Assembly (NCBI GenBank): GCA_938017515.1
Contig: CALIJJ010000019.1
Location: 1,415 to 65,414 of the forward strand
DNA: 64,000 nucleotides
Origin: an uncultured Pseudanabaenaceae cyanobacterium
GTDB taxonomy: Bacteria > Cyanobacteriota > Cyanobacteriia > PCC-9006 > JAAUQQ01
Direction: 5' to 3'
Each line of letters begins with the position of its first letter. Positions within the stretch are counted from its first letter, which is position 1. Positions 30,489 to 40,797 of the stretch are shown one piece after another. The notes under the pieces were generated by a model. It saw only the letters and a program-made list of their open reading frames with translations. It ran no database searches and had not been told where the DNA came from. The translations under genes were made by a program, and so were the position numbers.

Positions 30489-30612
30489 TCAGCCAAGAGG
30501 AAAGCAACTCAGCAGGCCACAGACTTCATGTCTGCGACCTCTCTGAGAAGCTAACTGTCCTTGCAGGTGACTCGCCTGACTCTGGGGGCTTTATAGGGTC
30601 AGGCGATTTTTT
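30489..30612 (+). ncRNA. candidate small RNA, copy 2 of a paralogous pair
   Basis: Same 5' block and same central block as copy 1. Terminal hairpin tcgcctgac...gtcaggcga with compensatory base changes relative to copy 1, followed by tttttt. Confidence 0.4.
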
Positions 30613-30977
30613 CACACAGGCAGTCTCTAATAGAATACAGCTACTCGGCATTAATACGTATCAAATAATCTTTAATTAGAGATATTTTATACAAGATCAG
30701 CTTATCCTTTCAATCAATATTGGATTGCTATCCCTGGTTGTTCTGCTGATTCGCGCTCATTCTTCCTCGATCGAGATAATTTCTCGTTAATTCGAGAGAG
30801 GCTCTAAAGAATGTGTGTTGAAAAATACAAAATGAATTTTTTTCCACTTTTGGAACGGAGTCTCTCATGGGTATGGGAGGCTCCTTTTGGGTTTAAGTTT
30901 GGGTTTAGATTTGGGTTTAGATATTGATGGGGTCTGGGATGTGACTTTGTCTGACCTAGGCTTTTATCCCAGATAGC

Positions 30978-31008
30978 AAAAAGCGGTGGGGAAGCACCAC
31001 CGCTTTTT
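30978..31008 (-). terminator. rho-independent terminator downstream of bamA (bidirectional form)
   Basis: aaaaagcggtggggaagcaccaccgcttttt. Confidence 0.7.
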
Positions 31009-31055
31009 GCTGTCTGGCCAGATATTGTTTGGCCAGATGTTGTTTAGGTGATGTT

Positions 31056-33374
31056 CTAGAAGCGTTCGCCAATGCCGAACTGGAATCGTTGATCGCCGTC
31101 ATCCGATAGGACTGTGTAGTCGGCCCGGATCGGCCCCAGGGGAGAGCGGACGCGGACACCTAGGCCAACGCCGTAGCCGCTGCCGGGCTTCTCGCGGGCT
31201 CCGGCGGGGTTGCCAGGGACGTTGTCGCCAGTGCCAATGTCAGTGCCGAAGTCTGCAAACAGCGCGCCACCCACGAATGAAAAGACGGGGAAGCGATACT
31301 CTGCGGTGGCCTGGAGGAAGCTACGACCACTGCCGACTTCGCCTTCGCTGTAGCCACGAATGGAGTTCGCACCGCCCAAAGAAAAGGCTTCGTAGGGAGG
31401 CAAATCGCCCAAAATGGTTCCGGCTTGAACGTTGAATGCAAGGGTCTGGGGGCATTCCTCTGGACTGGGATTGTCCTTTTTGCAGCCCTCCGTGAACTTG
31501 AGATAGCGCACAGGCAGATACTGGCTGTGATTTGCCCGTAGGCGGTTCATGAAAATACTGCCAGCGCCCACGGGGACACTCTGATCGACGTTGAAGCGGG
31601 TAATGCTGCCCTGGGTCGGTTGAATGCGGCTGTTGCGGCGATCGCGCGCCAGACCCAACTGGAGCAGGACCAAGTCATCCGCATCATCACCGCTGAAGGT
31701 CAGGTCGTTGCCCAGTTCGTCCTGGGGTTCCGAATCACCATCTTGATCGCGAATGTTAACGCGCTGATATTGCAGTCCCAGAGAGCCATTCCACTCGGCG
31801 GGTTCAAAGACGTTCTTTGAGAGCGGGCGGGAGAAGCGAACACCGCCCCCTGTGCGTAGAATGCGAGGAGTGTCTCCGTTGGGCAGATCGACATCGCGAT
31901 CGCCCCCGGAATAAATCAGTGAAACGGAGCGGCGGCGGAAAGCATTGACGGTATAGCCCGTGCGGTAGGGATCGCCCTTAATCCATGGGTCGGTGTAGCC
32001 CACATCGAACAAAAATTCTCGCTGACCCAGGGTGATCTCCGACTTCAGCTTCTGATTGCGTCCCCGGAAATTGTCCTGGCCAAGGCTAATGGAGCCGAAC
32101 AGGCCATTAGACGAGCTGACGCCCCCCGTGGCACCGATGTTGCCTGTGCGTGACTCAATCACGTTGGCCACGACGATGACCTTGCGTGGATCGTCGGGAG
32201 AGGGGTCGAGGGAGAGACGCACGTCTTGGAAGAGGCCCAGGCCAAACACACGCTGCAAATCGCGTTCGGCAGAACCACGATTGAAGACATCCCCTTCCTT
32301 CAGCTGGAATTCTCGGGTGACGACGTAAGGCTTTGTGCGTCCGCGAACGGGTTCTCCGGCTTCGTCAGTGGGATTTCCGTCGGCGTCCAGAAAACGCACT
32401 TCGATGCTGTCCACCAAACCTTCGGCGATTTCCAGCGTGACCTGGCCATCCGAGCTGATCTGGGTGGCATCGACGACCTGGGCTAAGACATAGCCCTCAT
32501 CTTGATACCAGTCATTGATGCGCTTGACGCCGTTTTGCAAATCCTTGAAGTTCAGGATGCTGCCGTATTGGGGGCCAAAAGTATCTGCGATGACTTCATC
32601 GGGAAGGACCTGCGTCCCTTCGGTGACCACGCCTTGGAGCGTCGGATTGGGTTCGACAAGAAAGACAACCCGGACTCCTAGGGGGCTGTCTTCGGGGCGG
32701 AAATTAACGTTGGAGAAATATCCCGTGGCAAAAATCGCGCTGAGGTCGGCCTGGAGCTGAGAACTGGTGGTTGCCTGTCCAGGCTGGGTGCGAATGGCGC
32801 CGTAAACCGCATCTTCCAGCAGCGCTTGTTCTGGGTTTCCATCAATCCCGTCGATTTTGACCTCGGCGACGAGAACTCTGGGTTCATTGGCGTCTTCTGA
32901 AGCGGCTCCGTTGCTGGGGGCTGTGGGAGCCGTTGGAGTGGGAGCCGTTGGATTGGAGGGCGTGACCGGTGGCGTCGCTTGGGCCAGGGTCGTGGGTTGC
33001 TGCTGTCCTGTTGTTTCTGCGGGGGCTTCAGCCTGAATGCTCAGCGTTTCCAACGCTTCGATCACAGTCTGACCGCTTGATTCCGAACGTTCCACGACCG
33101 GCAAGTTTGCATGGGACTCAGAAGCCGTTGATTCAACTCCCAAGTCGGCAATCACGTCGGGATTGGGCTGCTCTCGTTCGGACCGGGTTTCCGATAGATC
33201 AGGCTGAACCTGCTGAACTTGTTCGATACGAATGTCTAGTTCTTGCTCACGTCCCAGCTCCTGGGCGACCGCGGGAGAGGCCCAGCCGGTTGCCGTTGTT
33301 GCTGCGATCGCCGCTAGCAGTGTCGGACAAAAATAGATATTGCGGTTCACTTTGCGATTCACAGTTTTATGCAC
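31056..33374 (-). CDS. bamA: outer membrane protein assembly factor BamA (Omp85 family)
   Basis: 772 aa. Signal peptide, a Pro/Thr-rich linker, POTRA-like repeats and a C-terminal beta-barrel ending in the aromatic residue F (GIGERF). Confidence 0.8.
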   Translation of the reverse strand: MHKTVNRKVNRNIYFCPTLLAAIAATTATGWASPAVAQELGREQELDIRIEQVQQVQPDLSETRSEREQPNPDVIADLGVESTASESHANLPVVERSESSGQTVIEALETLSIQAEAPAETTGQQQPTTLAQATPPVTPSNPTAPTPTAPTAPSNGAASEDANEPRVLVAEVKIDGIDGNPEQALLEDAVYGAIRTQPGQATTSSQLQADLSAIFATGYFSNVNFRPEDSPLGVRVVFLVEPNPTLQGVVTEGTQVLPDEVIADTFGPQYGSILNFKDLQNGVKRINDWYQDEGYVLAQVVDATQISSDGQVTLEIAEGLVDSIEVRFLDADGNPTDEAGEPVRGRTKPYVVTREFQLKEGDVFNRGSAERDLQRVFGLGLFQDVRLSLDPSPDDPRKVIVVANVIESRTGNIGATGGVSSSNGLFGSISLGQDNFRGRNQKLKSEITLGQREFLFDVGYTDPWIKGDPYRTGYTVNAFRRRSVSLIYSGGDRDVDLPNGDTPRILRTGGGVRFSRPLSKNVFEPAEWNGSLGLQYQRVNIRDQDGDSEPQDELGNDLTFSGDDADDLVLLQLGLARDRRNSRIQPTQGSITRFNVDQSVPVGAGSIFMNRLRANHSQYLPVRYLKFTEGCKKDNPSPEECPQTLAFNVQAGTILGDLPPYEAFSLGGANSIRGYSEGEVGSGRSFLQATAEYRFPVFSFVGGALFADFGTDIGTGDNVPGNPAGAREKPGSGYGVGLGVRVRSPLGPIRADYTVLSDDGDQRFQFGIGERF

Positions 33375-33545
33375 GTCTACACACCACAGGACCCAATTCC
33401 TTCAACGTTATCTAGATCAGCCATTGGTTAAGGAACAGCGATCAGTGAAAACACCGGTCAGCAAGATAAAGCCATGACGGCATCTCGATGGCCAAGGAGC
33501 TAGCCTATCAAATCGGGTTTATATTAACCCATCCCCTAAGGGGGG

Positions 33546-34271
33546 TTAACAGTGGGCCAGAACCCGCTCTAAAACACGCTGATAAGCCTCTTCCACCTGG
33601 CCGAGATCCTTGCGAAAGCGATCCTTATCCATCACTCGACGTTCTGGGTCAGATTCACTGTCATCCCACAAGCGGCATGTATCTGGACTAATTTCGTCCG
33701 CCAACAATAACTTGCCTTCTGCATCGACACCGTACTCCAATTTGAAGTCCACGAGGGTAATGCCGCATTCACGGAAGAATTGCCCCAAATGCTGATTGAT
33801 AGAAAGGGATAGTTGCGTTAGCTCCTCCACCTGTTCCGGTGTCGCAGCGGCCAATAATTGAATTCGACCGGGCGTTAGCAATGGATCACCGAGGGCATCG
33901 TCCTTGTAATAGAACTCCACCAGCGGTTTCTCCAGCACGGTTCCCAGAGGTATTCCTGTTTGTTGACAGAGACTACCGGCTGCAATGTTCCTGACAACCA
34001 CCTCTAAGGGGACGATCTTTACAGCGCGCACGAGCATTTCCCGGGGAGAGGGTTGAGCGTGCCAGTGGGTGGCAATGCCTGCTGCTTCTAGCTTTTGGAA
34101 GAGATAGCTGGACATGGTGCAGTTCACTTCTCCCTTGCCCGCAATGTTGCCGCGCTTTTGGGCGTTGAAGGCCGTGGCGTCATCTTTGTAGTAGGCCCGC
34201 AGCACCTGGGCATTATCAGTTGTGTAGATAATTTTGGCTTTGCCTTCGTAAAGAGCTTGGGGGGAGGCCAT
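33546..34271 (-). CDS. purC: phosphoribosylaminoimidazole-succinocarboxamide synthase (SAICAR synthetase)
   Basis: PurC blocks (LYEGKAKIIY, IVPLEVVVRNIAAGS, LVDFKLEYG). Confidence 0.85.
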   Translation of the reverse strand: MASPQALYEGKAKIIYTTDNAQVLRAYYKDDATAFNAQKRGNIAGKGEVNCTMSSYLFQKLEAAGIATHWHAQPSPREMLVRAVKIVPLEVVVRNIAAGSLCQQTGIPLGTVLEKPLVEFYYKDDALGDPLLTPGRIQLLAAATPEQVEELTQLSLSINQHLGQFFRECGITLVDFKLEYGVDAEGKLLLADEISPDTCRLWDDSESDPERRVMDKDRFRKDLGQVEEAYQRVLERVLAHC

Positions 34272-34519
34272 AGGACAAGCACTGAATATTGAGAGTGAAC
34301 CAATTTTATCCGTCTATTGGCGGTCTTTTTGAGACAGCCCGTGGGTCAGAATAATGGCCCCATTGTTAAAAAACGGTTAAAAAACGCGTGAAGCAATGAG
34401 AACAATCCCCTAGGTTAAGACTGGGTTAAGGTAAAGTTAAAGAACGAGTAGGTTAATCTCGACACATCGTTGAGCAATCCATTGAAACCTGTTTAATCAA
34501 AATCATTAGGGGGTGCCCT

Positions 34520-34744
34520 ATGTCATCTGCACGAAATTTCCTTTATCCTCACCGCTCTGCTGCGAGCGCCAATCGTCCCCAGGAGATTGTGTTTGATGCT
34601 AATTTGCAGGAATTTGCCCAGCGCGTGGGTTACATTGCCAGCCTCGAAACCGGTGGAAAGTTGTCCCAGCAGGAGTCCTACCGCGCGATCGAATCCCTCT
34701 GGCGACAGCTTTCCCAAAGTCGTGAGCAGCTAGGGATTGATTGA
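34520..34744 (+). CDS. small hypothetical protein (74 aa)
   Basis: ORF with protein-like composition lying between convergent genes. No family recognised. Confidence 0.35.
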   Translation: MSSARNFLYPHRSAASANRPQEIVFDANLQEFAQRVGYIASLETGGKLSQQESYRAIESLWRQLSQSREQLGID

Positions 34745-34845
34745 GTCAGTCTTTTGATTGAGTCAGTTTTTTGATGCCGATCCGATGGATGCCGATGGTG
34801 TCACGCACGCGCCAGTAGAGTTGCTTCGCGGCTTGTGGTGACTGA

Positions 34846-36555
34846 TTAAGGCTCTTGTTCGAGTTCAGCTTGTTCGATGGCAGAGAGCTGAACTTGGATT
34901 TCATCGACGCGATAGTCGAGTTGTTCGGCGATATGGCGTGCCTGTTGCAGGGAGCGCCGGGCCTCAGGGCTGTTGCCTTGCTGGAGTTGCAACTGTCCCA
35001 TGCGCTCATAGGTCTGTAACAGACCAAATAGGTTGTAGGACAGTTCATCAACTCGACGTAGCACGTTGTAAACCGTCAGGGCATCACCGATTTGGGATTG
35101 TGTCTCGTAGATCGTGGCTAAGCTCACGAGGGATTTGTGGGAGACATCAAACTGCTGCTGAAGCTGGGCCGTGCGGTAGGCCTCTTGGTAGGTTTGAGTT
35201 GCCGCGATTCCTAAACCCGCACGTTCTTGGTTGCGGCCAATGGCAAGCAAAAGGGCAGGGCGTTGGGGGGACAGGGCCGACTCGGGGCTGTTCTGAGACA
35301 GGCTTGGGAGGCTGGTCTCGGGATTGTCTGGGGGGAGGTTGGCACGCTTGAGGAGAACCTGCTGTTGGGCGATCGCTGCTTCCCAATTCCCATTCTGCTC
35401 GTGCAGGTAGACCAACTGTTCCACGAGCTGAGTTTCCGTTTGTGGGTTTTTGCGGGGATGACGGCGTAGGCGTTCAAGCTGGGTTTGGGTGTAGCGTGTG
35501 GCGCTTGGATAGTTGAGGCGTGCCAGGTTGAGCTGGGTGAGCTTGTCGATCAGTTGGGTTTCGGGGTCCGCCCGTTTTAGCTGTTGGTTTTGCTCCAGTA
35601 GCCACTCGTAGCGGGCGATCGCGGGATCAATCGCGCCAACCTGTTCATGGGCAAGGGCTAGCTTTTCCTGGGTACTCAGGGTTTGCTCCCGGGCCGTTTG
35701 ACTTGGGTTGACGGCCTTGGTTTGGACCTCTGCTTCCCCGTCAAGCACCAATAGGCGTTGGGCAATGGCTTGGGATTCAGGGGCCCGTCCCTCTGTCCAA
35801 GCTCGGGCTCCAATTCTGCCTAGAGCAACAATCTCTTCATCGGCCTCACCGTATTGCAGCAGCCGTAGGGCGCGAAACCAAAGTCGATAGGCCTGCGCCG
35901 GTTTGCCCTCACCGTAGGCTGTTTCTGCCTCTTGATCGAGGCGAGCGGCATTGAGACGAATTTTCTGGATGTCACTGGGGGAAAGCTTGCCTTCGGCGGC
36001 TCCAGCGGGCAAGAGTTCGTCCTCTGGGTCTGGCTCAAGGGTATTGGGGGCAGAACGTGCTGAGGCGGTGGCACTGTCTTCGGCGGTCTCTATTTCGGAG
36101 GGCTCTACTTCGGAGGTCTCTATTTCTTGGCGTTCAGGGGCTGGGAACTCAGTGTCCAGAGACTCAATCGTTTCTAAGGCGTCATTTTCTAACGCCTCGA
36201 CCTTGGGTAATTCAACATTGGGGAGCTTGGGGAGCTTGGGGATCGGGAGGTCTGTGGTTGCCTCATTGAGGGGCTCCACTGCAGTCTGGGCAATGCTTGG
36301 AACTGCACCGATCCATCCCATCCCCGTGCCTAAAATGAGTCCCCAGGCCAGTTTGGATCCTAATCGTCCGACAGATCCAGGAGACTGACTTTGCCCGATG
36401 AGTGCAGCCAAATTCTTTAATTTGCCCGCACAGGTCAGGAGATGTAGAGGAAAGCCGGAAGCCATAGATTTGCTGGGTCGCAACGATTGGGAAGCCAAGA
36501 TATTTGAGCAAAGCGTCCAAAGGACTGTGGGATAATAACGCTGATTTAACGGCAC
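34846..36555 (-). CDS. TPR-like repeat protein, probably exported or membrane-anchored
   Basis: A hydrophobic segment (WGLILGTGMGWIGAVPSIAQ) is followed by an acidic repeat region and helical TPR-like repeats. The start codon is uncertain. Confidence 0.5.
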   Translation of the reverse strand: MPLNQRYYPTVLWTLCSNILASQSLRPSKSMASGFPLHLLTCAGKLKNLAALIGQSQSPGSVGRLGSKLAWGLILGTGMGWIGAVPSIAQTAVEPLNEATTDLPIPKLPKLPNVELPKVEALENDALETIESLDTEFPAPERQEIETSEVEPSEIETAEDSATASARSAPNTLEPDPEDELLPAGAAEGKLSPSDIQKIRLNAARLDQEAETAYGEGKPAQAYRLWFRALRLLQYGEADEEIVALGRIGARAWTEGRAPESQAIAQRLLVLDGEAEVQTKAVNPSQTAREQTLSTQEKLALAHEQVGAIDPAIARYEWLLEQNQQLKRADPETQLIDKLTQLNLARLNYPSATRYTQTQLERLRRHPRKNPQTETQLVEQLVYLHEQNGNWEAAIAQQQVLLKRANLPPDNPETSLPSLSQNSPESALSPQRPALLLAIGRNQERAGLGIAATQTYQEAYRTAQLQQQFDVSHKSLVSLATIYETQSQIGDALTVYNVLRRVDELSYNLFGLLQTYERMGQLQLQQGNSPEARRSLQQARHIAEQLDYRVDEIQVQLSAIEQAELEQEP

Positions 36556-36701
36556 TGTCTTTGCTCTAAGTATGCTAGATCGAACCCTCTCAATTCGGGG
36601 CGTCGAGCAACGTTAGCTTGCAGTCTCAAGAAGTCCAAGCCCAAGGGGCCAGGCCAAACAGCCTAATCCGAAAGTAAGCACAGTAGAAGGCAAAACTCAG
36701 C

Positions 36702-38000
36702 GTGAACGTTTTAGTGGTTGGTAGTGGCGGTCGAGAACATGCCCTAACCTGGGCTTTGTTACAGTCGCCCCAAGTGAAACAAGTCTTTTGTGCCCCCGGC
36801 AATGGGGGCACAGCCACCCAGGCACGCTGCACCAATTTGCCGATAGGAGTGTCGGAGTTTGAGGCGATCGCCCAGGCTGTCACCTCCCACAACATTAACT
36901 TAGTCGTTGTCGGCCCTGAAGTTCCCCTCGCCCAGGGCATCACCGATGTGCTTCAGAGCCAAGGCATTGCGGTGTTTGGCCCCAGTCGAGCTGGAGCCCA
37001 GCTCGAAGCCAGCAAGGCCTGGGCCAAGGCCCTGATGTTGGAAGCCAAGGTGCCGACGGCAGCGTCCAAAGTCTTCCAAGATGCAGCGGCAGCCAAGGCC
37101 TATGTCCGTGCCCAGGGAGCGCCCATTGTCATCAAAGCCGATGGATTGGCTGCGGGAAAAGGTGTCACGGTCGCCGCTACTCTGGATGCGGCTGAAGCAG
37201 CCATTGACGATGTTTTCTCCGGCACCTTTGGCGAAGCCGGGAACTTATTGGTGATTGAGGAATGTCTTCAGGGCGCTGAAGCATCGGTACTGGCGTTGAC
37301 CGATGGCAAAACCGTACGTCCCCTCGTTCCAGCCCAGGACCACAAACGTATTGGCGAAGGGGATACGGGGCCAAACACCGGCGGTATGGGAGCCTATGCG
37401 CCTGCTCCGTTGGTTACCCCTGCCCTCATGGAACGCATCCAAGCGGAGGTCCTTGACCCCACACTGAAGGCGCTACAAAACCGTGGCATTGATTATCGCG
37501 GCATTCTCTACGCCGGTTTGATGATTACCCCGGAGGGAGAGCCGAAGGTGATTGAGTTCAACTGTCGCTTTGGTGATCCGGAAACCCAGGTGGTGCTGCC
37601 GCTGCTGGAGACACCTCTGATCGATCTGTTGCTGGCCTGTGTGGAGCAGCGCTTGGATGCGTTGCCCCCCTTGGCCTGGAAGCCCGGTGTTTCGGCTTGC
37701 GTGGTGGCGGCGTCAGGCGGCTATCCCGGTTCCTATGAGAAAGGGGCGGCGATCGCAGGGATTGCCGAAGCCGAGGCCCAGGGCGCCAATGTCTTCCACG
37801 CCGGTACCCAGCAGCAAGGCAATGAACTCAAGACCAGCGGTGGCCGAGTTCTGGCTGTGAATTGTGTGGGCGGTGATTTTGATCGGGCCTTTGCCCAGGC
37901 CTATGCAGCCCTAGAACAGGTGCAGTTCTCAGAAATGTACTATCGTCACGATATCGGCTACCAAGTGCGTACTGCTGCGTCGGCAGCGCCTAATCCTTGA
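36702..38000 (+). CDS. purD: phosphoribosylamine--glycine ligase
   Basis: PurD N-terminus MNVLVVGSGGREHAL and an ATP-grasp core. GTG start. Confidence 0.85.
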   Translation: MNVLVVGSGGREHALTWALLQSPQVKQVFCAPGNGGTATQARCTNLPIGVSEFEAIAQAVTSHNINLVVVGPEVPLAQGITDVLQSQGIAVFGPSRAGAQLEASKAWAKALMLEAKVPTAASKVFQDAAAAKAYVRAQGAPIVIKADGLAAGKGVTVAATLDAAEAAIDDVFSGTFGEAGNLLVIEECLQGAEASVLALTDGKTVRPLVPAQDHKRIGEGDTGPNTGGMGAYAPAPLVTPALMERIQAEVLDPTLKALQNRGIDYRGILYAGLMITPEGEPKVIEFNCRFGDPETQVVLPLLETPLIDLLLACVEQRLDALPPLAWKPGVSACVVAASGGYPGSYEKGAAIAGIAEAEAQGANVFHAGTQQQGNELKTSGGRVLAVNCVGGDFDRAFAQAYAALEQVQFSEMYYRHDIGYQVRTAASAAPNP

Positions 38001-38043
38001 TTGTCTTACCTCTGATCGTCTTCCCCCGCACTGGAGCCCCAGC

Positions 38044-40212
38044 ATGCTAGCTCTTTTTCGACAACTCAAAGCGAGCTTCGATCGCTGGTGGTCCGAATTT
38101 ACATTGCAGACCAAGCTCATGGTGTTGGCGACGCTGGTGGTGTCGCTGATGACCACGGGCCTGACCTTTTGGGCAGTCAACAGCATCCAGCAGGATGCCC
38201 GCATGAATGACACGCGCTTTGGCCGTGATCTGGGCCTATTGCTGGCCAATAATGTTGCGCCGCTTCTCGCTGAGGAAGATCTGTCGGAAGTCGCTAAGTT
38301 TTCCTATCGTTTTTATAACAACACCAGCAGTGTTCGCTACATCATCTATGCGGATGAAGATGGCGAAATTTTTCTGGGGGTGCCCTTCTCTCGACCTGAG
38401 GTGCAAAACTCCCTCACCATCGAACGGCGCATCAAGCTGCCCGATGATTTTCGCAAGAGTGCTGAGTTGCCCATGGTGCGGCAGCATAAGACACCCAATG
38501 GCGAAGTCACGGATGTCTTTGTGCCGCTGATTCATGAAGGGCAATATTTGGGGGTCTTGGCCATTGGCATTAACCCCAATGCCATTGTGGTGACCTCTTC
38601 GCACATCACCCGAGATGTGACGATCGCAGTCTTTATCGCCATTTGGGCCATGGTTATTTTGGGCGCCGTGATCAATGCCCTCACGATTACCCGGCCGATT
38701 AAGGAGCTTTCTGAGGGGGTCAAGAACATTGCCGCGGGCAATTTTCAGCAGCGTATTGATCTGCCCTTTGGCGGAGAACTGGGTGAGCTGATCGGTAGCT
38801 TTAACGAGATGGGCGATCGCCTCGAACGCTACGATGCTCAAAATATTGAAGAACTGACCGCCGAAAAGGCCAAGTTGGAAACCCTCGTCACGACCATTGC
38901 AGATGGGGCTCTCCTGGTGGATGCTAACCTGCAGGTTTTGCTCGCCAATCGCACAGCACGTCGCCTGCTCAACTGGGATGAAGGGGATACTCAGAGCATC
39001 ATCGGCCAAAATCTGTTGCCCAACTTACCGGTTCTGCTCCGCAACGAACTGAATCAGCCCTTACTCGCAATGCTTCAGGAGAGTGCGCTTCAGGAGAGTG
39101 CTCAGGGAGAAGTGGCGCTGGCTGCGGGTCAAAACTCAGCGATGGGAGCCACGGCGGAGAACCCTGTTTCCCAGCAAGTTCACACGCTCGAAGCGTCCCA
39201 AGGGGCCCCTGTCGGGATGATGGAAATGCCGGAAACCTCCGGGTCGCGCGATGGCACGGAATTGCGTCTCACCCTAGAGGAACCGACTCGCCGAACCCTG
39301 AGAATTTTGCTCTCCCAGGTCTCTGACCAAACCTTGGGAACAGTCAAAGGTATTGCCATCACAGTGCAGGATGTCACCCGCGAAGCGGAGCTGAATGAGG
39401 CCAAGAGTCAGTTCATCAGTAATGTCTCCCACGAACTGCGAACGCCTTTATTCAATATCAAGTCGTTTATCGAAACGCTGCATGACTATGGGGATGAACT
39501 CTCTTCAAGCGAACGCCAAGAATTTCTGACCACGGCAAATAACGAGACGGATCGCCTTGCTCGCCTCGTGAACGATGTTCTTGACCTCTCTCGTTTGGAG
39601 TCCAGCCGCAGCTACCATTTTGATGCGGTGGATGTGGAACAGGCGATGGATCAGACCCTGCGCACCTACAGCCTCAATGCCAAAGATAAGGGCATTACGC
39701 TATCCCACGAGGTGGAAGAAGACATCCCGCTCATCTACGGCAACTATGATTTGCTGCTCCAGGTGTTTGCCAATTTGGTGGGCAATGCCTTTAAGTTCAC
39801 CTCTCCTGGCGGGCGAGTGGTGCTGAGAGCCTATCAAATTGCTCCAGATCCCAAGATTGCGAATCACCTCAGCATGCATGCATCCAAGGTCCGGATTGAG
39901 ATTTCCGATACCGGTATCGGCATTGACCCTGAGGATCAAGAGGCCATTTTTGATCGCTTCTTCCGAGTGGAAAACCGCGTCCATACCCTTGAAGGAACCG
40001 GACTGGGGCTTTCGATCGTACGCAACATCATCGATCGCCATCGCAGCAAAATGCACCTGGTCAGTGAAGTTGGGGTGGGGACGACCTTCTGGCTTGATCT
40101 AGACGCCTTCCAAGAGGCGACCCATGCTGAACCAACGCTGGGGCCGTCTGCAGCGACTGAAACCATGGATTCAGCAATGGATTCGGCGAGCCTGGAGCGT
40201 GAGGCGCTCTAA
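38044..40212 (+). CDS. sensor histidine kinase, NblS/Hik33 (DspA)-like (two transmembrane helices, HAMP, PAS, HisKA, HATPase)
   Basis: 722 aa. Two hydrophobic helices flank a periplasmic loop. A HAMP domain follows (ITRPIKELSEGVKNIAAGNF...ELGELIGSFNEMGDRL). H-box SNVSHELRTPL. N, G1 and G2 boxes are present (DTGIGID, GTGLGLSIV). Confidence 0.6.
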   Translation: MLALFRQLKASFDRWWSEFTLQTKLMVLATLVVSLMTTGLTFWAVNSIQQDARMNDTRFGRDLGLLLANNVAPLLAEEDLSEVAKFSYRFYNNTSSVRYIIYADEDGEIFLGVPFSRPEVQNSLTIERRIKLPDDFRKSAELPMVRQHKTPNGEVTDVFVPLIHEGQYLGVLAIGINPNAIVVTSSHITRDVTIAVFIAIWAMVILGAVINALTITRPIKELSEGVKNIAAGNFQQRIDLPFGGELGELIGSFNEMGDRLERYDAQNIEELTAEKAKLETLVTTIADGALLVDANLQVLLANRTARRLLNWDEGDTQSIIGQNLLPNLPVLLRNELNQPLLAMLQESALQESAQGEVALAAGQNSAMGATAENPVSQQVHTLEASQGAPVGMMEMPETSGSRDGTELRLTLEEPTRRTLRILLSQVSDQTLGTVKGIAITVQDVTREAELNEAKSQFISNVSHELRTPLFNIKSFIETLHDYGDELSSSERQEFLTTANNETDRLARLVNDVLDLSRLESSRSYHFDAVDVEQAMDQTLRTYSLNAKDKGITLSHEVEEDIPLIYGNYDLLLQVFANLVGNAFKFTSPGGRVVLRAYQIAPDPKIANHLSMHASKVRIEISDTGIGIDPEDQEAIFDRFFRVENRVHTLEGTGLGLSIVRNIIDRHRSKMHLVSEVGVGTTFWLDLDAFQEATHAEPTLGPSAATETMDSAMDSASLEREAL

Positions 40213-40357
40213 TTAGGAGCAAGTCGCCAGGGTTAATGACTGATGGTCGGAACTAAAAGCGACTGGCGGCAATATTACTCTTCCAAAAGGGGAGAGCCTC
40301 GCCTATAATCAGAAACGCTGTCAAAATATGAACCACTAAGAGGGATCGGGGCAATTA

Positions 40358-40660
40358 ATGGCCAAGAAATCGATGATCGCGCGGGATGAGAAGCGCAAAA
40401 AGATTGTTGACCGTTACGCTGAAAAGCGTGCGGCGCTGAAGGCTGAATTCGAAAACGCCTCCAATCAGCGGGAGAAGCTGGATGCCCACCGCAAGCTCCA
40501 GCAACTGCCCCGTAACAGTTCCCCGACCCGTGTCAGAAACCGTTGCTGGGCCACTGGTCGTCCTCGCGGCTACTACCGTGACTTTGGTCTCTGTCGTAAC
40601 CAGCTGCGTGAGATGGCTCACGCAGGTCTGCTTCCCGGCGTGGTCAAGTCCAGTTGGTAG
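40358..40660 (+). CDS. rpsN: 30S ribosomal protein S14
   Basis: 100 aa. [15 protein letters not shown]...RNRC..TGRPRG...[21 protein letters not shown]. Confidence 0.9.
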   Translation: MAKKSMIARDEKRKKIVDRYAEKRAALKAEFENASNQREKLDAHRKLQQLPRNSSPTRVRNRCWATGRPRGYYRDFGLCRNQLREMAHAGLLPGVVKSSW

Positions 40661-40727
40661 GCCGTTAGTGCTGAGGCCGATTGGTTCGTGCCTTTAGGGA
40701 CCCGTCTTAACGAGACAAGGGTTAATT

Positions 40728-40765
40728 AAGAAAGGGAAGGTGCAGCATGCATCCTTCCCTTTCTT
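40728..40765. terminator. bidirectional rho-independent terminator between the convergent rpsN and the downstream gene
   Basis: Perfect palindrome aagaaagggaaggtgcagcatgcatccttccctttctt. Confidence 0.7.
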
Positions 40766-40797
40766 AATGGAATGTTTGTCTAAGCTTTCATCACCCA

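Noticed and set aside
38236-39009. 257 aa minus-strand ORF
   Set aside because: It is antisense to the NblS-like histidine kinase. Not supported.
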